DNA of 64,000 bases from Nitrospirales bacterium (GTDB lineage: Bacteria > Nitrospirota > Nitrospiria > Nitrospirales > UBA8639). Where the stretch lies: assembly GCA_963422365.1 (NCBI GenBank), contig OY729426.1, forward strand, positions 512,001-576,000, given 5' to 3'. The position numbers were made by a program, and so were the translations under genes. Each line of letters starts with the position of its first letter. The first letter of the stretch is position 1. Below are positions 20,970-30,204 of this stretch, one piece after another. Below the pieces are notes generated by a model that was given only the letters and a program-made list of their open reading frames with translations, made no database searches and was not told the origin of the DNA.

Positions 20970-21665
20970 TTATCCTTCTGCCTCGAAGCGATAGCCCACA
21001 CCCTTGACCGTCACGATTCGGTGACTTTCCTCTTTGAGTTTTTCTCGAAGGCGTCTGATGTGCACATCGACTGTTCTCGATTCAATTTCCACGGCATTGG
21101 CATACCCCCAGACCATTTCCAAAATTTGCTCCCGATTCAACACCCGCCCGTTGGCGTGTATCAACGCACAGAGCAGATCGAATTCCTTCACCGTGAGTTC
21201 GACAACACTGTCTGCCACGCGGACTTGATGCTTCGCCTCGTCAATTTCAAGAGCCCCGATTCGTCTCATGCCGTCCGTTTGAGGATCGCGCCCCCGCCGT
21301 AACACCGCTTTGATTCGAGCCACCAACTCTCTGGGGGAAAACGGCTTGACGAGGTAGTCGTCCGCTCCTATCTCCAATCCCACCACTCGATCGACTTCTT
21401 CCGCTTTGGCCGTCAACATGATAATCGCCATATTGGCAGTGGTCCGCTCACGACGAAGCAACCGGCAAATTTCCAACCCGTCAATACCCTGCAGCATGAG
21501 ATCCAGCACAAGCAAATCAGGGGATTCGGTCCGTGCGAGTTGCAGCGCCGTTTCTCCTTCATGCGCCTCCAGGCAATGCAGGCCTTCTTTTTCCAAGTGG
21601 TGGCGAACGAGATCAACGATCGCTTGTTCGTCATCCACGATTAAGACTTTCAGAGCCATGGGCAC
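20970..21665 (-). CDS. phoB: OmpR-family response regulator PhoB/PhoP
   Basis: REC + winged helix, SRTVDVHIRRLREKL, TVKGVGY; adjacent to phoR and pst genes. Confidence 0.92.
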   Translation of the reverse strand: MPMALKVLIVDDEQAIVDLVRHHLEKEGLHCLEAHEGETALQLARTESPDLLVLDLMLQGIDGLEICRLLRRERTTANMAIIMLTAKAEEVDRVVGLEIGADDYLVKPFSPRELVARIKAVLRRGRDPQTDGMRRIGALEIDEAKHQVRVADSVVELTVKEFDLLCALIHANGRVLNREQILEMVWGYANAVEIESRTVDVHIRRLREKLKEESHRIVTVKGVGYRFEAEG

Positions 21666-21744
21666 CCGTCTCTTTTGTGAATCCCCTACACCGGAGTTCA
21701 GGGAAACAGGGCGTGCGCGTCTGCCTTGTATTCGAACAATCGCT

Positions 21745-21996
21745 TCACCGCAACCGTGGCAAGACCCTCATCTTCATGAGAGTGGAATCTTCGCTTGAGT
21801 CCACCTTCATGCTTTGCAGGATTCGCCAGAGAGTCGTTGTACCAAGCAATGGAGTTGGCTTCGGAAGGATCGGCATCACGCCAGTGAAAGCCGATGGGCC
21901 GTGGCGTCCTGCGCCGACATTGCTGCCCCTCGACTTTGCTGCTATACCCGATTGTACAGCCTCAAAAACAATTTCTTCGGTTGAAGAGGTCTTCAT
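21745..21996 (-). CDS. Small hypothetical protein upstream of phoB
   Basis: ORF with plausible ATG at 21996, co-oriented with phoB; no recognised domain. Confidence 0.3.
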   Translation of the reverse strand: MKTSSTEEIVFEAVQSGIAAKSRGSNVGAGRHGPSAFTGVMPILPKPTPLLGTTTLWRILQSMKVDSSEDSTLMKMRVLPRLR

Positions 21997-22464
21997 CAAT
22001 TTCCGGTGATCATTAACAACCCTTTGACATGTAAGGATTTTGTCGTCACAGTCTGTCGTCACAGTCTCGTGGAAATGAGATGACATGACGGTTTCCGCGC
22101 ACAGGGTGAGTTTATCATAAAAAGTGAGAGAAGAACCAAAAACCCATGACCCCCTCCATCAAACAGGCTTTCGAGAAACTGATGAGACACGGTGCCGCCG
22201 ACCAGCCTCCGGCCGAACAGCCGAAAAAGAAACCATCAGCAAAAGCAACTCGTCGAACGTCTCGACAATGACTGTCAACTCTTCTACGGAAAACCCCTTC
22301 CAAAGGAGGAAAGGCGGGAATAGTCAACGCCTGTCCCTGACCCGTTCGAGGATCGAATCGGGGAAATGAGTGAACCCATACAATGCTGAGCCACGCGAAG
22401 CATCTTTCCCTCAATAGGTAGCAACACCAGATTCACCAGACACGGTCCGTACAGTACAAGAAAA

Positions 22465-22653
22465 ATGGAACAACGCATCATCGGCTTCCACCAAGACGAA
22501 CGCGGTGATTGGGTCGCTGATCTTGACTGCGGCCACGGGCAACATGTCCGCCACACTCCACCCTGGAGCGAAAGACCATGGGTTGTGACTCAACACGGGA
22601 GAGAACAGAAGTTAGGCGAAACGCTTTTCTGCAAGAAATGCGATGAGGAATGA
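22465..22653 (+). CDS. DUF3565-family small protein
   Basis: IIGFHQDE.GDWVA.L.CGH.QHVRH.PPW..RPWV....GR...LG..L.CKKC pattern. Confidence 0.85.
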   Translation: MEQRIIGFHQDERGDWVADLDCGHGQHVRHTPPWSERPWVVTQHGREQKLGETLFCKKCDEE

Positions 22654-22660
22654 CCGTGAA

Positions 22661-23071
22661 TCAGTTGTGACTCGCCTCGGGTGGCCCATCAACCGGTGGA
22701 GGATTCGCCGGGTCCCAATACTGTAAGCGATCAATCAGAGGCTGAGCATCCGGGCTGGTGGATTGGGTGGGCTCACTGGGGCCATGATCCCAGGTCATTT
22801 GAGCGTAGCCCTGCGCATTCAGTGTGCTGCGGATGACTTCGACGAGCGCATCGAGGGCAACCTCATCCCCCTCTCGGAGATCCAGCACGCGTTGTTTTTT
22901 CTCCGTTGGCGGGGGCGCGTCGTGCAGCAACGCCCAGCAGCGATCAAAGACCACCCGGCGCACGTCTTCCGGCACATTCAAGGTCGGGATTTCTGCCGTG
23001 CACAAGGCCGACACCATGAGCACGAATTGCAAATCGGGAAGCTCGGAATGATTGATATCGAGGATTTGCAT
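22661..23071 (-). CDS. Hypothetical protein
   Basis: Globular-looking ORF with likely start MQILDINH at 23071. Confidence 0.7.
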   Translation of the reverse strand: MQILDINHSELPDLQFVLMVSALCTAEIPTLNVPEDVRRVVFDRCWALLHDAPPPTEKKQRVLDLREGDEVALDALVEVIRSTLNAQGYAQMTWDHGPSEPTQSTSPDAQPLIDRLQYWDPANPPPVDGPPEASHN

Positions 23072-23202
23072 GAGCAGCGGGTATCTTAAGATTGTCGAGG
23101 ATCGCATGGCAAGGCATGACTTCTCAAAGACTTCGCACGTCTCGACGTCAGTCACTTATCCCTATGCCAAGACATAGACGGATTTGCTGAAGCGTATCAA
23201 AC

Positions 23203-23321
23203 GGAGGGTGTGATGGAATCTTTTCGATGCCACGGGGCTGGAGACACCGGACATTTCGATTCTCTCCGACGAGTTTCTCGCCGAGATGCGCGGCATGCCC
23301 CAGCGCAATCCGGCAACGGAC
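23203..23321 (+). pseudogene. hsdR: Relic of a type I restriction enzyme R subunit C-terminal domain (DUF3387-like)
   Basis: Hand translation from 23223 gives [31 protein letters not shown], matching the conserved HsdR '[12 protein letters not shown]' segment; no start codon or remainder of gene. Confidence 0.7.
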
Positions 23322-23373
23322 ACACGTACGCGAACCGTGGTGCACATCTCGCAACACCAAACCCTTGGTTCGA

Positions 23374-24585
23374 TCAAGATTCTTCGATCAGCTGGTACTT
23401 TCGGATCCGGTAGGCGATTTGACGTGGAGTCATGCCCAACAGCCTGGCCGCCTTCGCCTTGACCCATCCGGCTTTCTTGAGAGCTTCTCGAAGACGATCC
23501 CGTTCGATCGCATTCAACCGTGCAGAGAGCGTGTGTTGGGATGCAGGACTGCTCGACTTGGTGGTGGACTGAGATTGCACCGTTTGCATGTCATCAAAAT
23601 AGGGCGCGAGTGATTCAGGAATGGACTGTACCTCGATCAGCGACGTCTCTGCCAAGACGACCAACCGTTCAATGCAATTTTGCAATTCGCGAATGTTTCC
23701 AGGCCAATGGTAGACGCTCATCACATGAACGAGGTCTTTCCCTAATTGGACGCGCCGGTTATTGTCGCGAGTGAATTTGTCGAGAAAATGCGTCATGAGC
23801 AAATGCACGTCGTCCCCTCGGGCACGTAAGGGGGGAAGCGTGAATGGCACAACGTTCAGCCGATAATACAAATCTTCTCGAAACTCACCTGTATGGATCA
23901 TGGCTTCGAGGTGACGATGCGTCGCGGCAATCACCCGAACATCGACCGAGAGTGTCTCCCCACCTCCGACTCGCTCAAATTCTTTGTCTTGAAGCACGCG
24001 AAGGAGCTTGACCTGGGTTGAGAGGGGAATATCTCCGACCTCATCAAGAAACAACGTTCCGCCGGCTGCCTGTTCCAGTCGTCCTTTTCTCGCCTGACTC
24101 GCTCCCGTGAAGGCTCCCCGTTCATGCCCGAACAGGGTGGTTTCAATGAGGGTCTCCGGAACCGCCGCGCAATGCACCACCACAAATGGTTGTTCGGCAC
24201 GCACACTCGAGTGGTGAATTGATTGCGCCACTAACTCTTTTCCCGTTCCACTTTCGCCGCGGAGCAACACCGTTGCCGAGGTGTTCGAGACCCGCTGAAT
24301 GGCAGCCTGCACCGCCTGCATCGCCGTGCTCTTTCCAATAAGAACCGGCGACTGTTTCTTTTTCCTCTGGAAACTTGAAGATTTCGGTGAATCACCTGAT
24401 GGCTTGAGGCATGGGGATGACTCGGAATTCTCAGAAGAACGGTCTGGAGCCTTTCCTGTTTCAGCTTCTTGACTCAGCAAGGCTAGGGCTTGGCGAATCC
24501 GTGTTTCAGGAGAATCCTTTCCCTCTAAAATCGTACCCAGTCGGGTGATGAGATTGTCATCGTCCTTTGAAAGGTCGTGTTGCAT
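23374..24585 (-). CDS. Sigma54-dependent transcriptional activator (NifA-like AAA+/HTH) without an intact sensory domain
   Basis: [57 protein letters not shown]. Confidence 0.92.
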   Translation of the reverse strand: MQHDLSKDDDNLITRLGTILEGKDSPETRIRQALALLSQEAETGKAPDRSSENSESSPCLKPSGDSPKSSSFQRKKKQSPVLIGKSTAMQAVQAAIQRVSNTSATVLLRGESGTGKELVAQSIHHSSVRAEQPFVVVHCAAVPETLIETTLFGHERGAFTGASQARKGRLEQAAGGTLFLDEVGDIPLSTQVKLLRVLQDKEFERVGGGETLSVDVRVIAATHRHLEAMIHTGEFREDLYYRLNVVPFTLPPLRARGDDVHLLMTHFLDKFTRDNNRRVQLGKDLVHVMSVYHWPGNIRELQNCIERLVVLAETSLIEVQSIPESLAPYFDDMQTVQSQSTTKSSSPASQHTLSARLNAIERDRLREALKKAGWVKAKAARLLGMTPRQIAYRIRKYQLIEES

Positions 24586-25074
24586 TGCGCCGCCCACGTC
24601 TTCAGAAAACAAAAGGCACCGGGATAGCCACATGCAAAAACGTTTCTCGTTTTCACAGGGTCGCCCCGGCGCCTTTGCCTCGGTACGCTTATCGACTGAC
24701 TGAACAAGAAATCGACTGATTTCTCTTACTGACGTGATGCTCGACGAATGTACAGCACCCGTGCCTCTAATAATAAAAAAACGCCCTTTCCCAACCTTCG
24801 TTGGGGAAGGACGTTCATTGTCCTCACAGCTTGTCTCTTGCAGCAAAATGACGACTTTGTCATTCTCAGATTGAAGTTAACCGCACTTTCCTCTGTTTGT
24901 CAATGGTAGTTGTTAAGACACGGTCTCAACCCACATCATGTAAAGTGTTGGAAGAAACGACGAGAGGTTGGCCGTCAGGACTCATCTCGAGCAAACGGAG
25001 GACCATCGAGTCCATCCAGCCACAGCCCACGGGCAAGATGGTCTCATGAAGATTTTTCCAGCAGGGGTCAGGAA

Positions 25075-27189
25075 ATGCAGAAGGTCTTCTCCAGATTAAT
25101 GAGAACGTTTCCCTTAACCATCGGGCACCGCCTGCTTGCCATCATTGTCGTATTGATTGGGTCGCTCGGCACTATCATGGCCATGATCCTCACCACGGGT
25201 TACAACGTCGAACCGGACGCCGTGGTGGATATCGCCGGCCGCCAACGCATGATGGTTCAACGGTATTTCAACGAAACCATCTTGGCTTCCCGTGGCATTG
25301 ACAAAGATCGTTACGCCACGCAGCAGGTGTTGTTGCACTCCGTCGATGCCTTACAAAACGGGGGAGCAGTCATCGTCAATCTGGATACTGAGGAACGCCG
25401 CTCGATTCCCCCGGCGCCGACCGCCCAGGTCCGTGACCTCTTGACGCAACAGCGTGCCTTGCTGGAACGATTCTTTTCCACCACCCAAACCCTGCTGCTC
25501 GAATCCGCGGATCGTGCTCCGTCGTCTGAAGCCTTTTCCGTCCTCAATGAACGGCAAGACGAGCTTCTCCGGAACACCGACGAGGTCGTGAAATTGCTGA
25601 GCACCCATTCTCCTCAAAACACGCAGTGGTGGTTACGAAGCGAGCCGATCATCGGACTCCTGGTAATCGTCTTCAGCGTGGTGCTGGCCCGCCAAGTGGT
25701 GGCCACGAGCAGCAGGCTCGAACAAGAAATCGAACAGCGCAAAAAAGCCGAGGATGAACGCAACCGCTTCTTTGCGCTCTCTCCGGACTTGTTCTGCATC
25801 GCGCAACGGGATGGCAGCGTCAACACGTGCAATCCGGCCTGGGAACGCGAACTGGGCTATTCCACGGCAGAACTTCACAACCACTCCCTCACGGAATTCG
25901 TGCATGCGGAGGATCGCCCCGCCATGATTCAAGAGTTGGCCGTCTTGAAGCAGGGCACCCTTTCGGCTCAATTTGAAAATCGATTCGTGGGAAAAGACGG
26001 CTCGGTGAAATGGCTGCTGTGGAACATCGCCGTCAGCCAAGGGGAGCCCCTGTTGTATGCCACGGCACGTAATATCAATGAACGCAAGTTATACGAGGAG
26101 GAACTCGCCTTGCGCGATCGTTCCATCAATTCGGCGACCAGCGGTATTCTGATCGCGGATGCCCGCCGACCCGATATGCCCACGGTGTATTGCAACGCCG
26201 CCTTTGAAAAAATCACGGGCTATGCCACGGAAGAAGTGTTGGGCCGGAATTGCCGCTTCCTGCAGGGACGCGATCATGATCAACCCGGCCTAGACGCCAT
26301 CCGTCAAGCGATCCGGGACGGCACGGAGGGCAAAGCCGAGTTGCGCAATTACCGGAAGGACGGCAGGTTGTTTTGGAATGAGTTCTACATCGCCCCGGTC
26401 CGCGATCCGCAGGGAACGCTCACGCATTTCATCGGGGTGCAAACGGACGTCACCCAACGCAAGCAGCAGGAAGCCGAATTGGCCCAGAAGACGGAAGCCC
26501 TGGCTCAATCCAACGCCGAGCTTCAACAATTTGCCTACGTGGCCTCCCACGACCTCCAGGAACCGCTCCGCATGGTGGCGAGCTATACCCAGTTGCTCGG
26601 AAAACGCTATAAAGGCAAACTGGACGACGATGCGGATGACTTCATCGGGTACGCCGTGGATGGAGCTGAACGGATGCAGTGGCTCATTCGTGATCTGCTG
26701 GAATATTCACGAGTGGGCTCGGAGAACAAATCCTTCGAATCCACCGAATGTGAACGGATCTTGCAGCAGGTCATGAAGAATCTGTCGGCGGCGATCCGAG
26801 AGCATCAGGCCGAGATCACCCATGATCCACTGCCCGTCATCCAGGCCAACCCGACGCTGCTCACCCAAGTCTTCCAAAACGTGATCGCGAACGCGCTAAA
26901 GTTCCAAGGAGAATCCCCTGCAACCATTCACGTGGGTGCCAGGCCCCTGTTCGACGGATGGGAATTCTTCGTTCAGGATAACGGGATCGGCATCCCGCAG
27001 GATCAACTGGATCGCGTCTTTGCCATCTTTCAACGATTACACCTCCGGAGCGACTACCCAGGAACGGGAATCGGATTGGCCATCTGCAAGCGAATTGTGG
27101 AAAAACACGACGGAAAAATTTGGGTGGAATCCGAACCGGGGAAGGGATCCACCTTCTATTTCACCATTAAGACCTCACGGACCGCATGA
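25075..27189 (+). CDS. Membrane sensor histidine kinase: PilJ/NarX-like extracytoplasmic domain + PAS + LOV + phytochrome-type HisKA/HATPase
   Basis: TM1, VDIAGRQRMMVQR, TM2, PAS, LOV motif GRNCRFLQG with NYRKDG..FWN and FIGVQTDVT, then FAYVASHDLQEPLR and GTGIGLAIC. Confidence 0.93.
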   Translation: MQKVFSRLMRTFPLTIGHRLLAIIVVLIGSLGTIMAMILTTGYNVEPDAVVDIAGRQRMMVQRYFNETILASRGIDKDRYATQQVLLHSVDALQNGGAVIVNLDTEERRSIPPAPTAQVRDLLTQQRALLERFFSTTQTLLLESADRAPSSEAFSVLNERQDELLRNTDEVVKLLSTHSPQNTQWWLRSEPIIGLLVIVFSVVLARQVVATSSRLEQEIEQRKKAEDERNRFFALSPDLFCIAQRDGSVNTCNPAWERELGYSTAELHNHSLTEFVHAEDRPAMIQELAVLKQGTLSAQFENRFVGKDGSVKWLLWNIAVSQGEPLLYATARNINERKLYEEELALRDRSINSATSGILIADARRPDMPTVYCNAAFEKITGYATEEVLGRNCRFLQGRDHDQPGLDAIRQAIRDGTEGKAELRNYRKDGRLFWNEFYIAPVRDPQGTLTHFIGVQTDVTQRKQQEAELAQKTEALAQSNAELQQFAYVASHDLQEPLRMVASYTQLLGKRYKGKLDDDADDFIGYAVDGAERMQWLIRDLLEYSRVGSENKSFESTECERILQQVMKNLSAAIREHQAEITHDPLPVIQANPTLLTQVFQNVIANALKFQGESPATIHVGARPLFDGWEFFVQDNGIGIPQDQLDRVFAIFQRLHLRSDYPGTGIGLAICKRIVEKHDGKIWVESEPGKGSTFYFTIKTSRTA

Positions 27190-28967
27190 ACACAACCACC
27201 ATTCTCTTGCTTGAAGACAACCCGGGGGACGCTCGCCTGATTCGGGCACTCTTTCGAGACATCTCAGGTCGCTCCGTCACCATTCTCAACGCCGAGTCGT
27301 TAAAACAAGCACGCGAGCGCCTGTTCGAAACTCCGGTGGATGTGGCCCTGGTGGACCTCTCGTTACCCGATAGCCAGGGGTTGGCCACTTTTCGAAAACT
27401 AGCCGAGAGTCACCCCTGGCTGCCGCAAGTCTTGCTCACGGGCCTCAACGACCAGGAGATTGCCATCCACGCGGTTCGTGAAGGCGCGCAGGACTACTTC
27501 GTCAAGGGAGAAGTCGACGTCCAGATCCTCATGCGAGCCATCGAATACGGCATCGAAAGAAAACGCATCCAGGCAGAATTAGAAGCCGTAAACGCCCAAG
27601 TCCAACAAAGCGCCGACGATCTCCATTCGATTTTGAATCAACTGCACATCGGGACGATTCTGACCAATTCCCAAGGGCGCATTCTCCACATGAGCGTGTC
27701 CGCCCTCCGATTATTGGGCAAAAGCGAGCAGAACCTGGACTGTCAAACGTGGCGGGACGCCATGGGGCTACCGGACCACGATGTCCAAGCCCTGGAACAA
27801 CTCATGGACCAAGCCCCGGAGGAACGGAAAAAGGTCCTCATCCAGTGTGCCACACCGGAACAGGCCCAACGGTGGTTGGAAATCGATGTTCAAGACGACC
27901 CGCGCGACATCCGAGCCAAGATGTTCTTTCTTTACGATGTCACCGAGGTTCATACCCTCAGGAAACAACTGGATGAACAATCCCAATTTTACGATTTTAT
28001 TGGAAAGTGCCAGCCCATGCAGAACGTGTACCGGCAGATCCAAAACCTCGCGCCGGTGGACTCAACGGTCTTAATCGAAGGGGAAACCGGCACGGGCAAA
28101 GAACTCGTGGCCCGTGCCCTGCACGCGGCCAGCCCCAGAAAGGAGAAGACCTTTCTCGCGGTGCATTGTGCCGGACTGACCGAATCCCTACTGGGAAGCC
28201 AATTATTCGGACACAAAAAAGGTGCGTTTACCGGGGCCAGCACCGATCACCGGGGATTTTTTGAATCCGCCCACGGGGGGACCATCTTGCTGGATGAAAT
28301 CGGCGACATGCCGCATAGCGTGCAGACGAGTTTGCTCAGAGTGTTGCAAGAGAAAGAAATTACCCGCCTAGGCGAATCCCAACCGAGAAAGGTGGACGTT
28401 CGCATTATCTGCGCCACCCATCGCAACTTACATGAGCAGGTCTCCCAACAGACCTTTCGAGCCGACCTGCTGTATCGCATTCGGGTTGGCCGCATCCGCT
28501 TGCCGGCGCTTCGGGAACGCAAAGAAGATATTCCGGCATTGGTAGCGACCTTTCTCAGTCAATGCCGTCAAGCAGTGGGCAAACGGTTCGTGCAAGACAT
28601 CAGCCCGGAAGGGTTGCACCTGCTTTCCCAATACCCCTGGCCCGGGAACGTGCGGGAACTGAAAAATGTCATCGAATACGTTGTGCTGCAATGCGAGGGA
28701 TCCACCATCCACCCGCATCATTTTCCAACCGAGTTGCTGGAACAACCTCGCGAGACCGTCCAGCAGGAACAGCCTGTAGCACACATTCCCCGGGACAAAG
28801 ACAGGAACCAGATCCTCGCCGCCCTGCAACGCACCAAGGGCCATCGAACACAAGCGGCCAGTCTACTCGGAATTAGCCGAGCGACTCTCTACCGGTGGTT
28901 GGACGATTTGGGCATCACCCCCGAGGATCTCACGCAACGGCCCCACGCGAGTTCCGATTCGCCCTGA
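27186..28967 (+). CDS. Sigma54-dependent response regulator (REC-PAS-AAA+-Fis HTH)
   Basis: LLEDN..D / VDLSLPDSQG receiver, GETGTGKE, GAFTGA, LGISRATLYR; ATGA overlap with the kinase. Confidence 0.93.
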   Translation: MNTTTILLLEDNPGDARLIRALFRDISGRSVTILNAESLKQARERLFETPVDVALVDLSLPDSQGLATFRKLAESHPWLPQVLLTGLNDQEIAIHAVREGAQDYFVKGEVDVQILMRAIEYGIERKRIQAELEAVNAQVQQSADDLHSILNQLHIGTILTNSQGRILHMSVSALRLLGKSEQNLDCQTWRDAMGLPDHDVQALEQLMDQAPEERKKVLIQCATPEQAQRWLEIDVQDDPRDIRAKMFFLYDVTEVHTLRKQLDEQSQFYDFIGKCQPMQNVYRQIQNLAPVDSTVLIEGETGTGKELVARALHAASPRKEKTFLAVHCAGLTESLLGSQLFGHKKGAFTGASTDHRGFFESAHGGTILLDEIGDMPHSVQTSLLRVLQEKEITRLGESQPRKVDVRIICATHRNLHEQVSQQTFRADLLYRIRVGRIRLPALRERKEDIPALVATFLSQCRQAVGKRFVQDISPEGLHLLSQYPWPGNVRELKNVIEYVVLQCEGSTIHPHHFPTELLEQPRETVQQEQPVAHIPRDKDRNQILAALQRTKGHRTQAASLLGISRATLYRWLDDLGITPEDLTQRPHASSDSP

Positions 28968-29021
28968 AAGCACGGCGATGAAACGTCCGAACTCGCCGTT
29001 CGCTCCCCCTTGCCAACAGTA

Positions 29022-29173
29022 TGTCTTTCAGGCGTGAGACATAAATGAGACATTTTATTGTCTTTCGGAAACCATTGCGGCTGCATTCGCTATTTGTAAG
29101 CACTTGATTTGAAAAGCCTTTCAATAATTCAGCCGGCATGGCGCATGGCTGGCATAATGGCACACTCTTTGAA
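29022..29173 (+). promoter_or_regulatory. Sigma54 promoter 1: enhancer repeats + IHF site + -24/-12
   Basis: TGAGACA at 29035 and 29046; IHF consensus AATCAAGTGCTTA on minus strand 29097-29109; TGGCAC-ACTCT-TTGAA at 29158-29173. Confidence 0.75.
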
Positions 29174-29212
29174 TATTTTTAAAAGACAACAAGCTGGCGA
29201 GGAGAGCCCACA

Positions 29213-29680
29213 ATGGATTCAGGCACGACAAAGCCTACTGTGATTTTGGTGATTGAAGATAATCCGGTCGACGTGCGGCTCATCAAAGAAGCTTTAAAAG
29301 AATCCTCGCTGCAGGCCACATTGTCCTTTGTACATGATGGATTGGCTGCCACTCGTTTTCTTCATGAAGCCAAACACGCACCTGGTGAAAACCTCCCCCA
29401 GCTGATCGTGCTCGATCTGAATCTTCCGAAAAAAAGCGGGTTTGAACTACTTAAAGAGATCAAATGGGATGAGATTTTGAAGCGAATTCCTCTGATTGTA
29501 CTGAGTTCTTCGTATAACCCCGCGGATATTGCCAGAGCCTATGATCTCCATGCGAACTGCTATCTCACTAAACCCGTCAACTTTGAATCCTTCCGCAACA
29601 TTGTAAAAGGCGTGGAATACTTTTGGCTGCGAGTCGCCAAGCTTCCCTGTGCCGCAAACGCTGAATCCCCTTCGCCGTAA
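29213..29680 (+). CDS. Single-domain response regulator (Rcp1-like, phytochrome-associated type)
   Basis: ILVIEDNPVD, LIVLDLNLPKKSG.E.L.EIK, AYDLHANCYLTKPV, FWL. Confidence 0.92.
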   Translation: MDSGTTKPTVILVIEDNPVDVRLIKEALKESSLQATLSFVHDGLAATRFLHEAKHAPGENLPQLIVLDLNLPKKSGFELLKEIKWDEILKRIPLIVLSSSYNPADIARAYDLHANCYLTKPVNFESFRNIVKGVEYFWLRVAKLPCAANAESPSP

Positions 29681-29706
29681 CCTAGGCCGAAAAATACTCT
29701 CGAAAC

Positions 29707-29830
29707 TGTCTCATTCGATTTTTATGAGACAAAAATATGTCTCATCTGCAATGGATCATCCAGGTATCTTAACAAAATAATTCATAACACATTGAAATAA
29801 AAAGTAATGCATTTTGGCACACAAGTTGAA
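29707..29830 (+). promoter_or_regulatory. Sigma54 promoter 2: enhancer repeats + IHF-like site + -24/-12
   Basis: TGTCTCA at 29707, TGAGACA at 29725, TGTCTCA at 29738; IHF-like TTTCAATGTGTTA on minus strand 29785-29797; TGGCAC-ACAAG-TTGAA at 29815-29830. Confidence 0.75.
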
Positions 29831-29886
29831 AGGGAAAGGGTGCAGGATCGGAAACCGATAACATTCTTTAAGTAGACGAAACCATC

Positions 29887-30204
29887 ATGGCCGGTTCACA
29901 AACATCTGGTCAAACAAGTGCCGAGAGCCAAGTATCCAGTCAGAGATGTTTCCGATGTGGGGGGCTGTTAGTGCGGGAAAGTCTCTTCGATCTTTTCGAT
30001 CATGCAGGGCAAATGTGGTATTGGGCCTTACGGTGCGTCCAATGCGGCAATGTCGTGGACTCTCTCATCCTCAAGCATCGGACAAGCGCCGACCGTCAGG
30101 ACCCCCAACCCGCCGCACCAACGCCGCTGGTCATGGGTCCAGACGGTCAAGAGTCAATGATGACCATCCACTCACATCTTCTAAAAGGAGGAGACGAATC
30201 ATGA
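29887..30204 (+). CDS. Small zinc-ribbon-like protein (CxxCGG...CxxCG)
   Basis: CFRCGGLLV...RCVQCGNVVD; ATGA-coupled to the next gene. Confidence 0.7.
   Translation: MAGSQTSGQTSAESQVSSQRCFRCGGLLVRESLFDLFDHAGQMWYWALRCVQCGNVVDSLILKHRTSADRQDPQPAAPTPLVMGPDGQESMMTIHSHLLKGGDES

Noticed and set aside
23374..24585. Calling the activator nifA (nitrogen fixation)
   Set aside because: No intact GAF domain, no nif genes and no clear TGT-N10-ACA sites at the local promoters
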